64,000 nt of DNA from a virus, in IMG/VR virus record IMGVR_UViG_3300035698_022898, positions 22,235 to 86,234 of that record. One strand, 5' to 3'. This document shows positions 10,062-20,330 of this stretch, in pieces. Numbering within the stretch: position 1 is the first letter of the stretch; each line of letters opens with the position of its first letter. The notes under the pieces were generated by a model that saw nothing but the letters and a program-made list of their open reading frames with translations, did no database searches and was not told the origin of the DNA. The position numbers and the translations under genes were made by a program.

Positions 10062-11690
10062 ATGGCTGACTTCCCTACCGCAGGACAGTTTGAGAGTAAT
10101 ACCGCAACTGGTGCTGAAATGAAGGCCCGGTTTGAAGCTCAATTGGCTGCTACCAAACAGTTAATAGGTGCTGAGTATAAAGAGGATCTCATCATTTCTG
10201 CAGGAACGGTAACTCCGACCTCTGTAGTTCTTACTATTGATGAAGAAACTGGTGGGATTGCTGATGATTTAGATAATATAGAACTCACCAATTTTAGGGA
10301 CGGAACTATTTTAGCTCTTAAAGCTTATGATGCAGATGCAGCCATTACCTTAAAGCATATGAGTGGGGGTTCTGGAGAAATATCTTTATCCAGTGGAGCA
10401 GATCAAGTATTGTCTTCTTCTGACTGGACTTTGTTGATTCGGGAAGGAGGGCAGTGGGATGAAATGGTGTTCAACTTCACCACTGCTCCTGGTACTACTC
10501 TAATGACTTTGGATACCGATCAAGATGTTTCTTCTAATAAAGAGTTTCAGGACGGCAAGAAAGTTCTTTTTGGAAGTGATGGGGATACTGAAAACTATCA
10601 TGACGGGAGCAATTTTTATCTTATCAATACTACCGGTAGTATGTACTTTAGGCCCAAAGCTGGAGAAGAAGGTATCGTTATTGCCCCAGACGGAGCAGTG
10701 TCTCTTTACCACAATGCTCTGTTGAAATTTGCTACCAGTGCAACCGGTGCTTCTGTTACCGGGTCTTTGGTTGCTACCGGGTTTTCTTTATTAGACGGTA
10801 ATTTTATGTACTTTGGTACTGATAATGATGCCAGTGTACAACACGACGGTTCCGATTTTTACTTACTGAATACCACAGGGACCATGTACTTTAGGCCCAA
10901 GACCGGAGAAGTTGGACTTTCTTTAGTTCCAGACGGAGCGGCCTCCCTGTATTATGATAATTCTGTAAAGTTTGCTACTTCGGCGACCGGAGCTACTTTA
11001 ACAGGAGATCTTGTTGCAGATAGTTTTTCATTGTTGGACGGTAAAAAAATGTTTTTTGGTAGTGATGATGATACTGAAATCTATCACGACGGAAGTAATT
11101 TTTATCTCCTCAATACTACCGGAAGCATACATTTTAGACCTAAGTCTGGAGAAGAAGGAATCATTATTGCTCCAGATGGAGCAGTAACCTTTTATCACGA
11201 TAATGTGTCTAAATTAGCTACGACGGCAGATGGAATGGCTCTTTCTCAAACCAATGATGAAGTAGACCTAAATTCTGGCACAGTTGAGATTGGTGCCGCT
11301 GGGGGTGGTTCAGACCATACTGTTTCAGGTCAGACCATTACTTTGACTGCTGGGGAAGCCCTCACTTTTGGTCAACTTTGTTACATGAAATCTGACGGAA
11401 AACTTTGGAAAGCCCGAGCAAATGCAGTTGGAACCATGCCGGCTTTGTTTATGGCTACCGCTAGTATAAGTGCAGACACCACAGGAAAGTTTTTAAAGGA
11501 TGGAACAGCAGTAGACGCCAGCTGGTCTTGGACTGCTGGACAAATTCTCTACACTTCTGAAACCACCGCGGGGTCAATGGAAAGCACAGCCCCGGCGGTT
11601 AGTGGAGATCAACTACAAGCCGTTGGAATAGCTCTCAGTGCCACGGTTGTTTTATTCGATCCGGATAAGATCCAAGGAGAGGTGCTGTAA
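10062..11690 (+). CDS. Tail fibre / virion appendage protein B (three internal ~81-aa repeats)
   Basis: Same upstream sequence as 8912 (taaggagaaataaaATGgctga); three FG.D.D....HDGS.FYL.NTTG...FRPK.GE modules; same C-terminal domain. Confidence 0.7.
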   Translation: MADFPTAGQFESNTATGAEMKARFEAQLAATKQLIGAEYKEDLIISAGTVTPTSVVLTIDEETGGIADDLDNIELTNFRDGTILALKAYDADAAITLKHMSGGSGEISLSSGADQVLSSSDWTLLIREGGQWDEMVFNFTTAPGTTLMTLDTDQDVSSNKEFQDGKKVLFGSDGDTENYHDGSNFYLINTTGSMYFRPKAGEEGIVIAPDGAVSLYHNALLKFATSATGASVTGSLVATGFSLLDGNFMYFGTDNDASVQHDGSDFYLLNTTGTMYFRPKTGEVGLSLVPDGAASLYYDNSVKFATSATGATLTGDLVADSFSLLDGKKMFFGSDDDTEIYHDGSNFYLLNTTGSIHFRPKSGEEGIIIAPDGAVTFYHDNVSKLATTADGMALSQTNDEVDLNSGTVEIGAAGGGSDHTVSGQTITLTAGEALTFGQLCYMKSDGKLWKARANAVGTMPALFMATASISADTTGKFLKDGTAVDASWSWTAGQILYTSETTAGSMESTAPAVSGDQLQAVGIALSATVVLFDPDKIQGEVL

Positions 11691-12700
11691 TGGCGGATGT
11701 TGGTAAAATATGGGCCACTACTGCAAGTGAGCTAGGCGGAGATTTATTGGGAACCGCTTATGAAGACGTAAGCAAATTGTGGGGAACTTCTGTACCACAT
11801 GGACCAGCGGATGGTTTATATTTTGCTTTTTGCCGGTATATCTCCTCTCCATATTATCGCGATGATACTTTTTGGTACGACCCCGTAGGAAATTCTTGGG
11901 CTACTTTAACAGACCAGCCCTTATCTGCGGGATCATGGGATACCGGTCCATGTTCTCAACCGGAGGATGGTCTTTGGTATAATTTTTCTTACTATATTAC
12001 CAGTTACCAGCAAAAAACAAACATTTGGAATTTGGGGGCGGATTCTTGGTCCACTGGATCAGATGGTTCAGGAACATCTGGGTATGGAAAAATTGCGACC
12101 TTCGATGGAGGGGACACTTTTTATAGATACCTGGCCGCTGACAACTTGTGTTATAAATATACGGTCAGCACAGACACCTGGTTAGTTAGAACTGCTCCAA
12201 TCTTTACTAGTTATTATGGTGGACACGCACTTAATACGCAGGGGGATCGTTGTTTGTCCGTCACTGGGAATGGGGGTGGATGGAATACTAATCTATGCCA
12301 TTATTACGATTCTGGCTCAAATTCTTGGGGTTCCGTTGCTAACCACCCTGTGACTATGTGTGGTCCAGGTGGAGGAAATAATCAAGCAAGCGATCAAAGT
12401 TATTCCATGGGGGGAAGAAGCTATGCTGCTGGAGGCTCTTCTTTAAGTGCCAGTTATAAATTTGATTATTCGGCCAATTCTTGGTCAGCTATTACTTCTT
12501 TAAATATAGCGGATTCGGACTGTGGTGGCGGAAATCCAATCATAGACGATGATGTATGGTGTGCGGTTGGATATAATAAAAACGGTTCACCAGAACATGG
12601 TGGGAGATGTCAAATGTATGATATTTCAGCTAATACTTGGACTACCAAGACCCAAGGAACCACCGGTTATAACGGAATGCCAGGTTGGTCGAACACGTAA
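11690..12700 (+). CDS. Kelch-like beta-propeller protein, putative receptor-binding virion protein
   Basis: Repeated YD...NSW / Y....DTW blade ends (YDPVGNSW, YTVSTDTW, YDSGSNSW, FDYSANSW, YDISANTW); TAATG coupling to the fibre gene. Confidence 0.72.
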   Translation: MADVGKIWATTASELGGDLLGTAYEDVSKLWGTSVPHGPADGLYFAFCRYISSPYYRDDTFWYDPVGNSWATLTDQPLSAGSWDTGPCSQPEDGLWYNFSYYITSYQQKTNIWNLGADSWSTGSDGSGTSGYGKIATFDGGDTFYRYLAADNLCYKYTVSTDTWLVRTAPIFTSYYGGHALNTQGDRCLSVTGNGGGWNTNLCHYYDSGSNSWGSVANHPVTMCGPGGGNNQASDQSYSMGGRSYAAGGSSLSASYKFDYSANSWSAITSLNIADSDCGGGNPIIDDDVWCAVGYNKNGSPEHGGRCQMYDISANTWTTKTQGTTGYNGMPGWSNT

Positions 12701-12716
12701 ATCAAGGGAGAATAAA

Positions 12717-13496
12717 ATGAGTTTAAAAGTATTTTTAGAAGATCATAATTCTGGCATGTCTGCATTCCAAGAAAAATATTTCGTCATTGGCAGCAATGGT
12801 TGTACGGCCTTTGGACAATACCATCAGTGTTTGCGAGAATTGATGACTCGGGTAGGAGAACTCCATAACGATTTAAATGGTCGACAGGGGTACCTTAGTC
12901 TTCTGCTTAAAATAGAAAAACAAGAAGAGGTGGTAAAAACCACTGGAGAAGAAACTATAAAACGTGGAGCAATTTTAGAAATTGTTCGATTTCGATCTCA
13001 GATAGTCACCGTGCTTATTCGTATGAAAAGTAATTGGAAAGCTTTTCTTCATTTTAAAGCAATGGCCACTAGATTGAAACAAATAGTAGGGGAACTTACT
13101 CCAGAACATACCTTAAAGTTAGAGCGGGAAGAGTGGGCACAGCATTTTCAAACTCTTGCAGCTTTAAATATTTTGGGGGAGGGTCGGATCAGAACATCCA
13201 CTTGGAGATTGGTGCGCACTCTTCCTGAACCGGAAAGGTCCAGAGTGGCTGCTTTGATGATGGCGAACCCCCCGGTTGATTCGGATGGGCGTATTTGTGG
13301 TATTCACCCTGTGGTAGCCTGGTACTTGAATCAATCGCCGAGTCAAATATTTGATATGGATTCTCTTGTTTCAGAAGAAGTGGATATTTTAAAAATGCTT
13401 CCTTCTATTCAAGATGCAGTTGAGCATTACCAAGCCACAGGGGCAACCATGGTTGGTTTATCTTCATCCAAAGCACTGGAGGAATCTAATGTCTAA
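12717..13496 (+). CDS. Hypothetical tail-associated helical protein
   Basis: GGGAG RBS before ATG 12717; within the tail operon. Confidence 0.6.
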   Translation: MSLKVFLEDHNSGMSAFQEKYFVIGSNGCTAFGQYHQCLRELMTRVGELHNDLNGRQGYLSLLLKIEKQEEVVKTTGEETIKRGAILEIVRFRSQIVTVLIRMKSNWKAFLHFKAMATRLKQIVGELTPEHTLKLEREEWAQHFQTLAALNILGEGRIRTSTWRLVRTLPEPERSRVAALMMANPPVDSDGRICGIHPVVAWYLNQSPSQIFDMDSLVSEEVDILKMLPSIQDAVEHYQATGATMVGLSSSKALEESNV

Positions 13497-14064
13497 TTTT
13501 GAGCCCATTATATTATCCACTGGTAGAATTATCAAGTCAACAAGAGAAGAGCTGGTATTGGATAATGGTCTGGTGATAAAAGGAAATGGGTGGACAGACC
13601 CCGATCGTCTGGCTGAAATGACTAGAACAATAACCTATAAAATGTATGTTGACAATCCTCCTTATTATGGAAAATTTCATTTACGAGTACAGGGAGAACC
13701 GGTCGAAACAGATACGGTATATGAGGAAATATATTCAGTTATTCCCAACCCTCTTTGGAGTGAAGATTTGCCGGCATTAAAAACAGAAGTAATAAACGAG
13801 GTAAAGTACAAAGTCAGAATGTTCCTGTCTCAATTTTCAGGGCTGCGTTGGGAAGTGGAAAGGGCTATTGCTACGGCCCAGGACGCCAATCCAATTCCAG
13901 TTAGTGATGAAACAAAGCTTTTTAGAAAACAAGTTCTTAAAGTAGTTGAAGATTACGAGCAAGCAGTAAACGATGCAGGAACCTTTGAAGCCATTTTGGC
14001 TATCAAACAACCGCTTGAACCTAATCCAGCCGAGATGGATAAAATTCGGCTTGTAGAGGTGTAG
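13489..14064 (+). CDS. Putative tail fibre assembly chaperone
   Basis: GGAGG RBS; helical C-terminus (YEQAVNDAGTFEAILAI) resembles fibre chaperones. Confidence 0.5.
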   Translation: MSNFEPIILSTGRIIKSTREELVLDNGLVIKGNGWTDPDRLAEMTRTITYKMYVDNPPYYGKFHLRVQGEPVETDTVYEEIYSVIPNPLWSEDLPALKTEVINEVKYKVRMFLSQFSGLRWEVERAIATAQDANPIPVSDETKLFRKQVLKVVEDYEQAVNDAGTFEAILAIKQPLEPNPAEMDKIRLVEV

Positions 14065-14065
14065 A

Positions 14066-15127
14066 GTGTCAAATGCCACTAAATTGTTTGATGTAGATAT
14101 CAATAATATAGTAAAGCTTTATGATACTGATAGAGCAAATTTGTCATCTGTAATGGACGGCGTGGTCATAGCTGTTCCTATGCCTGCAGGTTTGATTATT
14201 CTTTTAAATGACAACGCGGCCCCTGCTGGTTGGACTCCGCTTGCGGCTGCGGATGGCCGAATGATCGTAGTGGCTGGAAATACTTATGCAGTGAAAGAGT
14301 CTGGTGGTAGTTGGACCACCGCTTCTCAAGTAACTAGCTCTACAGACGGCACGCATGTCAATCACCCATCTGTGGGCGGCAAAATGGCTGTAGGTGGAAA
14401 ACCAGATACGGATATATATGGAGGAGCTCATTCACACGAAGTAGGTGTAGTACATAAACCTGCGCGTCAAGAATGCCTTCTTATAAAAGCCGATGCTGAA
14501 GAGACCGTGTTGCCAACTAATGCGGTAATGTTAGCAGACCAGGCTATTGGAGCTCTATCCACTATTTTTAATGACGGTCATTATTTGTATGGCGGTACTG
14601 TAGTACAAACAGTGGCTTTGGAAACCAATGAAGATATAGCGGCAGCTGGTACCCACGACCATGTAAAAGACCAATCAGGTACCGGTGGGTATGTTGGTAA
14701 GCTTAGACATATTTCATCTGGATCACATGATAGTGAACACGGAATAACTGGTTTAACAGTCACCGAAAAAATTAAAAAAGTGGTATTGCGGGCGCTTAAT
14801 TGCTCTGGACAAAATTTACAGGCGGATTTAATTGGTCTTTGGGATGGAGCCACCATCCCTTCTGGATGGTCTGAGCTTTCCAGCTTACAAGATTATTTTA
14901 TAGAATTAGATGCCGCAGGGGATGGAACTAAATCCGGTACGAATGAATTGGAATTGTCCGGCGGGATAGACACATATGCTTGGTTACATGCTCATTTGGG
15001 GATAAACGATTCATACTTGAATGCTCCAAGTGGAACAATGACTGCCTCGCATAGCCACACTGTTGCGGGGGATGTGGATTACGTTCCTTCTTATTATGCT
15101 CTTAAATTAATCAAATATACTGGATAG
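14066..15127 (+). CDS. Tail fibre protein with collar-like and HxH metal-binding motifs
   Basis: P.G.I......APAGW and WDGATIPSGW collar motifs; HSH, HDH, HAH, HSH motifs; terminal PSYYALKLIK. Confidence 0.75.
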   Translation: MSNATKLFDVDINNIVKLYDTDRANLSSVMDGVVIAVPMPAGLIILLNDNAAPAGWTPLAAADGRMIVVAGNTYAVKESGGSWTTASQVTSSTDGTHVNHPSVGGKMAVGGKPDTDIYGGAHSHEVGVVHKPARQECLLIKADAEETVLPTNAVMLADQAIGALSTIFNDGHYLYGGTVVQTVALETNEDIAAAGTHDHVKDQSGTGGYVGKLRHISSGSHDSEHGITGLTVTEKIKKVVLRALNCSGQNLQADLIGLWDGATIPSGWSELSSLQDYFIELDAAGDGTKSGTNELELSGGIDTYAWLHAHLGINDSYLNAPSGTMTASHSHTVAGDVDYVPSYYALKLIKYTG

Positions 15128-15139
15128 GAGAGGCACAAC

Positions 15140-15709
15140 ATGGAAAAGTATACTCATGACAAATGGCCAATGTTGTTGGTAGAGAAAGGCACGATTGTTT
15201 GTGTTCGTGATGGTTTAGTTGAGGTTTACTTTGACATAGGAGAATTTAAGGCCTATTCTGGGTATGACCTTACTGATAAAACATACTTGGATTACCAACC
15301 GGATCGTAAGCATCATATAGATGAATCTTTGGGGATAAAAAAGTTCACCGAAAGGATTCCTGCGTACGATTCCATAATTTCTTCTGCCAAAGTTCTTAAA
15401 GAACGCCGTAATGACCCCTTCTTTGGAAAATCCTTAGAGGAGACAAAAGAAATAAAGATCATGCAGATCAAAATGGAAGCATCCGCAAAGCTTAGATTGG
15501 TTTGGGCGGAACACAAACAGACCAACGCTGCCATCGGTGGGATACTAAAACGTGAGGACGAAGTTGCGATTAAGGCAGATATCAAAAAGACAATCCTCGC
15601 AGTGGCTAAAACCAAAACAAAGATTTTAAGTGCCAGAAACCACGAACAAGTTTTAAAGATCGTCCTTTCCGTCTTCACATTGACAAAGAGAGGAATCTCC
15701 AATGATTAA
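15140..15709 (+). CDS. Putative tail fibre chaperone / hypothetical
   Basis: AGGAGAGG RBS; LEETKEIKI..IK pattern downstream of a fibre gene. Confidence 0.5.
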   Translation: MEKYTHDKWPMLLVEKGTIVCVRDGLVEVYFDIGEFKAYSGYDLTDKTYLDYQPDRKHHIDESLGIKKFTERIPAYDSIISSAKVLKERRNDPFFGKSLEETKEIKIMQIKMEASAKLRLVWAEHKQTNAAIGGILKREDEVAIKADIKKTILAVAKTKTKILSARNHEQVLKIVLSVFTLTKRGISND

Positions 15710-16139
15710 ATTACTTGAGGGTTGGAAAGAACGTTGGTTGAAAAAGGAAGAATTTGTAGATACTTACTCTCAAATTCTTCCTCCCGAAGTTATAATCGAT
15801 GCCAAAACAAGTAGTGGTTACGCTGTTGGTACCAACGACATAAACACTCTGTTCTACTTTAAAACAAAACTCAGGACGATACTATATGTGCTTCTGTATT
15901 TTCCTGGGTGTGTCTATGACTTCTTTCTTATCACTCATGAACGAACGCATCCCATCCATAAAACAAATGGATGGGATATGAAAGATTGTGAGAAGAAAAC
16001 CTGTGTCATGTCTCAATATAAAGATGCTTTCACTCGAATCAAAATAGTAATTTGGGGAATTGGAAGATATTTGAGGAGGGAGGATAATCCTTTTCATTGT
16101 CGAGAGTGTGACTTTCGATTGCGTGTTCATAAAACCTAG
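15702..16139 (+). CDS. Hypothetical protein
   Basis: GAGGA RBS, overlaps the previous stop. Confidence 0.55.
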   Translation: MIKLLEGWKERWLKKEEFVDTYSQILPPEVIIDAKTSSGYAVGTNDINTLFYFKTKLRTILYVLLYFPGCVYDFFLITHERTHPIHKTNGWDMKDCEKKTCVMSQYKDAFTRIKIVIWGIGRYLRREDNPFHCRECDFRLRVHKT

Positions 16140-16149
16140 GAGCCGATAT

Positions 16150-16665
16150 ATGGGAAAAAACCCATCAGGTGGTTTTTCTGTGGACCCCGAGAGTTCTACT
16201 TCTTTTCTTCCTCCGGATGAAGCTTGGATTCTGAAAAAAATCAAAGAAGGAATATCTGCTGAATCTGATATACAATCCACTAAATTGGCAAAAGCTGTTG
16301 TTGCCATTTTGGAGGAACTTGAGCCCGCTCTTATTCGAAGTGCCGCCGCCGCCGCCGTACAAGCTATAAACGCAAAACCTCCTTGTGGAATGGATTCTAA
16401 AGTTCTTTCTCAAGCAGTTCATTCTTTGCACATGTTAGGGGATTTAGGTGGGGGTGGAGGTAGTGCCGAAGCTATCTCCCGCGGTATTGAAGAATCCAGA
16501 GAAAATCATAAGTACGTTAAAGATTTACGAGAACGATCGCGTCGGTTACGAGAACGAGTAGCCTCAGGTTGTATCGTGGGAGTTATTGTTCTTGTTTTAG
16601 GTGGCATAGGCACTCTTATTTGGTTTGCTATAACGTACGGCGGAAAATCAGGAGTGGGAGTTTAA
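16150..16665 (+). CDS. Membrane protein with a C-terminal TM helix (lysis module)
   Basis: AGGAG RBS; hydrophobic CIVGVIVLVLGGIGTLIWFAI segment. Confidence 0.6.
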   Translation: MGKNPSGGFSVDPESSTSFLPPDEAWILKKIKEGISAESDIQSTKLAKAVVAILEELEPALIRSAAAAAVQAINAKPPCGMDSKVLSQAVHSLHMLGDLGGGGGSAEAISRGIEESRENHKYVKDLRERSRRLRERVASGCIVGVIVLVLGGIGTLIWFAITYGGKSGVGV

Positions 16666-16689
16666 ACCTGCATACATCGTATAGGATTA

Positions 16690-17142
16690 TTGGTGCAAAC
16701 AATGCTCGATGTGTATATACTCCGGGATGAAACAAGTTACCAAGGAACATTTGGCCGTCTTATTATTCCAGGCAAACTAACTCTATTTGTAGGGGAGTTG
16801 CCCTGGAGAGATAACGAGCAGATGTATTCCTGTATTCTCTCGGGGACGTACATCGTAGTACCCGGGGTTCCCAATAATAGGCGTCTGCTAGCCGGTCTTC
16901 CTTACATTTATCGAATAAAAAACATCCCCAACCGTTCTGGTGTATTTGTACACAGTGGAAACCTCTGTGGTGATAGAAGACAAAACCTGATAAGTCACTC
17001 CAGAGGGTGTCCTTTATTGGGCAGACGTTTAGGCACCCTCAGAGGGCAACAAGCTGTATTGGTATCTAGACCTGCCGTTAGAGACTTAATAAACTGTATT
17101 GGGGAACAATCTTGGAAGCTTCATATCCTATGGAATATTTAA
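16690..17142 (+). CDS. DUF5675-like (L,D-transpeptidase-fold) putative endolysin
   Basis: ELPWRDN, SCI..G.Y, PNRSG..VHSGN and S.GC.L.G motifs; flanked by membrane proteins. Confidence 0.75.
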   Translation: MVQTMLDVYILRDETSYQGTFGRLIIPGKLTLFVGELPWRDNEQMYSCILSGTYIVVPGVPNNRRLLAGLPYIYRIKNIPNRSGVFVHSGNLCGDRRQNLISHSRGCPLLGRRLGTLRGQQAVLVSRPAVRDLINCIGEQSWKLHILWNI

Positions 17143-17152
17143 GGAGGTGTAT

Positions 17153-17731
17153 ATGGAATGGGTAGCAAGTTTAATGGGCGGTCCTTTTTCCGCTATCTTT
17201 GGTGGGGTGTTGGGAGCCGCTGCTGGTATTTTTAAACAGTGGCAAGAACTCAAAGCCATTCGTGAGCAAAACCGTCATAAAGAAAATATGATGGAAAAAG
17301 AAATGCTCATGATGGAAAAGGAACTAGCTTCCACCGAAAAACTACAACAAATCAACGCCGACAAAGAACGGGATGTTGCTCAAGAAGGAACTTTCCGGGA
17401 AGCTGTTCGTCAAGAAGGCAAAGATATTTTGGGAAGCATATCCCAAGGAGCTCCTGACTGGGCACGGGGCATTGTGATGGTAGTGCTCACACCTGTTGAA
17501 GTCTTACGTAGAGGTATACGACCTGGCGTATTTATTTACCTGACATATAAAGTGGTGGGTTTTATGAATGAATTCAAAGCTGCGGGGATTGCTATGACCC
17601 CCGCAGTAGCTGGGGATTTGTATTTACTCACTGTCAATGCAATCATAGCCGGGTTTATGACTGCACTCAATTTCTGGTTCGTAGGTCGGAGTAAATTTGT
17701 TCAAAACAAATTGGAGAAAATGACCAGCTAG
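17153..17731 (+). CDS. Holin-like membrane protein
   Basis: AAGGAGG RBS; several TM segments, IRP motif and terminal FWFVGRS. Confidence 0.65.
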   Translation: MEWVASLMGGPFSAIFGGVLGAAAGIFKQWQELKAIREQNRHKENMMEKEMLMMEKELASTEKLQQINADKERDVAQEGTFREAVRQEGKDILGSISQGAPDWARGIVMVVLTPVEVLRRGIRPGVFIYLTYKVVGFMNEFKAAGIAMTPAVAGDLYLLTVNAIIAGFMTALNFWFVGRSKFVQNKLEKMTS

Positions 17732-18291
17732 TTTCGGGGGCCGCCACCTACTCGACCTCCTTCACTACCATATCCAGAGGTGGAGTAATCGTCTGCTTCT
17801 CGAATTGCTGCCCAACACTCCTCACATCGATAATTAGAGGTGGGTTTTCCGCAAGTAGTACATACGCGAGACCCACCTCTTGAATTTTTTTGTACTCTTA
17901 TATTAGCTTTTTTTAGACAAGACGGACAGAGTTTTTTATAGGATCTAATGTCTCCCATGGGGTGTATTTCTAAGCACTGAGAACAAGGTGCTTTTCCTTC
18001 ACAACGTAATTCTTTTTTATGTTGATTTGTGGCGATTCTTATCTGCCGTACGAACTTTTCGTAGTTGAAGACTACATTACCCTTATAGTGTTTCATTAAG
18101 GAGAACAAAGATATCTTGACGAGACCGCCGTCTCCTGTTGTAAGGACATAGTGTGCATTGCTATTCCCCGCTGTAACAATAATGGGAAAGGAAAATAGGC
18201 CCTCTTTTTTAATTCTAAGTCGAGTAGAAATGAAGTGGTCAGGGTATCCTTCATACGGCTGCCACGTCTCTGGTGGTATTTTCTTTTTCAT
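17728..18291 (-). CDS. Hypothetical protein with NUMOD4-like N-terminus and CxxC zinc fingers
   Basis: ETWQPYEGYPDHFIS; four CxxC pairs. Confidence 0.55.
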   Translation of the reverse strand: MKKKIPPETWQPYEGYPDHFISTRLRIKKEGLFSFPIIVTAGNSNAHYVLTTGDGGLVKISLFSLMKHYKGNVVFNYEKFVRQIRIATNQHKKELRCEGKAPCSQCLEIHPMGDIRSYKKLCPSCLKKANIRVQKNSRGGSRVCTTCGKPTSNYRCEECWAAIREADDYSTSGYGSEGGRVGGGPRN

Positions 18292-18913
18292 TGATTACCT
18301 TTATGGTTTGTTCCTTTACCTTCACCATCCCCTCATCCACTTCAAAAACAGTGTCCGCGGATTCTATAATTCTAGGCAGATGAGAGATCATGATTATTTG
18401 GATGCCCAACTTCTCCGAAATCATTTTAAGCATCTCTGAACAAGCTTCTTGAAGATCTACAGATACATATTTGAACGGTTCATCCAGAATGACTACTCGT
18501 CTCTGGTTGGCTAAGCTTATGAAAGCTATCCTAAGAGCAAAGGATGCAACATCCATCGGTCCACAACCAGAAGCATCCTCAGGCTTTAAGAGTTCTTCAC
18601 CACGTTTGAACCACAGCATTGCTTCTGTCTGGTTCCTCCTCTCTACGAATTCTAATACAAACTCGTAGGGGTCAGGAAAAACAGAACTCAACGCCAAGGA
18701 AACTATGGAGGCTATATGGAGTTCTAGTTTAGATAGTGTGGATTTGGCAACATCCTGCACAACGGCACGAGCTTGAACCAGATACTCTGCTGACTGCACA
18801 TTAGTATCTAACTTGATTTTTTCAGAGGCAAGTTGTTCGTTCAAGACTTTTCGTTCCCCTTCAAACTGGGAGATTCTTCTAAGGATTTTGTTCAATTCTT
18901 CTTTAGGAGTCAC
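18251..18913 (-). CDS. SbcC/Rad50-like ATPase, C-terminal half
   Basis: Coiled coil, signature-like ASGCG, Walker B VVILDEP, H-loop ISH; no Walker A. Confidence 0.85.
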   Translation of the reverse strand: MTPKEELNKILRRISQFEGERKVLNEQLASEKIKLDTNVQSAEYLVQARAVVQDVAKSTLSKLELHIASIVSLALSSVFPDPYEFVLEFVERRNQTEAMLWFKRGEELLKPEDASGCGPMDVASFALRIAFISLANQRRVVILDEPFKYVSVDLQEACSEMLKMISEKLGIQIIMISHLPRIIESADTVFEVDEGMVKVKEQTIKVINEKENTTRDVAAV

Positions 18914-19145
18914 CTAAAGCCTCCTTGATAGATGCTAAGACTTCGGTAATCTGTCCTTCCAGAAGATCGGCCTCCTTCTGGAAAGTACACAGAAGCTCGT
19001 CACCCTCTTTGGTAGAGGTGACACTAAATTCTTTTTCCAGTTGGTCTCGATTAGCAGAGAGTTGACCCTCGACACGAGCTTTACTCTGTTCCGCTTCACT
19101 TACTTTTTTATCAAGTCGTTCTAATTCACTAACTATTGGGTCCAT
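18903..19145 (-). CDS. Small coiled-coil protein
   Basis: 80 aa heptad pattern, overlapping both neighbours. Confidence 0.65.
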   Translation of the reverse strand: MDPIVSELERLDKKVSEAEQSKARVEGQLSANRDQLEKEFSVTSTKEGDELLCTFQKEADLLEGQITEVLASIKEALGDS

Positions 19146-20061
19146 CGTCTATCTCCTCAAATGCTCTTTGTATAACGTCCTTTACACCCAAAGGAACGCT
19201 TTCAACAACCTTCCCTAAGTTTTCTCTAAAATTGAGAGTCACTTCATGTTGGACGGTTAAAGAAGTAACAAACTCCTCCAGCTTCTCGTTTCGATCCGAG
19301 ACAATCTGCACCCTGTCAAGATCCATAACTTCTTCAATAGGTTCGATAGGAATAAGATATTTTTCCAAACTTGTATCGTCCGTATCATAAACATAGAAAC
19401 AGGGTTGGTGTTTTGTTTGAGCAATCGTAGTACGCATCATAGAACCACAATTAACTAAGTAACGCATCCTGTATGTTTGATCAAACGAAGTATGATTATC
19501 TCCAGATATAATTAAATCATATGGATGATTTTTTAAGAACGCACTACAAAAATCAAAGGATTCCTGCCCAGCCCAAAGTTTTTCATTTACAATCATTCTG
19601 TGGAGTATAAGAATGTTGGTCACTCCGGGAACAGATTTTATTTTAGGGACTTCTTCTCCCCAGGCCGCAAAATGGAAATTAACAGTTCTGTTTGAAGTTA
19701 CAGTGATTGGGTTAGTCGCCAATCCTATTTCCAAAACGCCTGCTTTTTGTAATGTAGTTAACGGGGTATTGAACCTGGATTGTAAAGAGTGATAACGAAG
19801 ATCATGCTGTCCGAAAGTAGTATATATCGGAACAGGTGTGATAAACCCTTTTAAGTAATCCAGGTATTTGTTTAGTAAAGAGTAGGGCGGAGAATGAAAA
19901 TCAAAGAAATCTCCAGGTTGTGCAATCGCATCAACAAAATTATCTATCGCCCACTCGTAAATGTAACAAAATTTATCGAATTGAGTTTCAAGATAATCGT
20001 CCATGCGATTCTTAGGGCGGGAAGCCCTTAAGTGAACATCCCCTAAACAAAGTATTTTCAT
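19129..20061 (-). CDS. SbcD/Mre11-like metallophosphoesterase nuclease
   Basis: GDVH, GDFFD, GQHD, GDNH and NCGS motifs. Confidence 0.92.
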   Translation of the reverse strand: MKILCLGDVHLRASRPKNRMDDYLETQFDKFCYIYEWAIDNFVDAIAQPGDFFDFHSPPYSLLNKYLDYLKGFITPVPIYTTFGQHDLRYHSLQSRFNTPLTTLQKAGVLEIGLATNPITVTSNRTVNFHFAAWGEEVPKIKSVPGVTNILILHRMIVNEKLWAGQESFDFCSAFLKNHPYDLIISGDNHTSFDQTYRMRYLVNCGSMMRTTIAQTKHQPCFYVYDTDDTSLEKYLIPIEPIEEVMDLDRVQIVSDRNEKLEEFVTSLTVQHEVTLNFRENLGKVVESVPLGVKDVIQRAFEEIDDGPNS

Positions 20062-20330
20062 CTGGTAGCCCTTCTAGTTCTGGATTCCACCACAGTATCA
20101 CTCTTTTGTTCTGCCAATTGTTCTAAGGCAAAATCTGAGGGGGTTGTGAACATAGGAGCGGCTTCTTTATCTGAATCCTCTACTTTCATAGTGATACATC
20201 TTCCGCTTACAACCCCTAAAATTTTATGTTCTTCACCATCCAGAACAATAGTTTTGCCTTTTCCGAAAAGATTTAAAAGGTAACCCAAATCTTCTCTGTC
20301 CTTAGTTTCAGGAACCATTGCTATGGTCAT
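20058..20330 (-). CDS. Hypothetical protein
   Basis: GGAGGAG RBS; ATGA overlap with the SbcD gene. Confidence 0.6.
   Translation of the reverse strand: MTIAMVPETKDREDLGYLLNLFGKGKTIVLDGEEHKILGVVSGRCITMKVEDSDKEAAPMFTTPSDFALEQLAEQKSDTVVESRTRRATR

Noticed and set aside
8912-11690. Diversity-generating retroelement template/variable repeats
   Set aside because: Repeat differences are not adenine-specific and no reverse transcriptase is present in the window.
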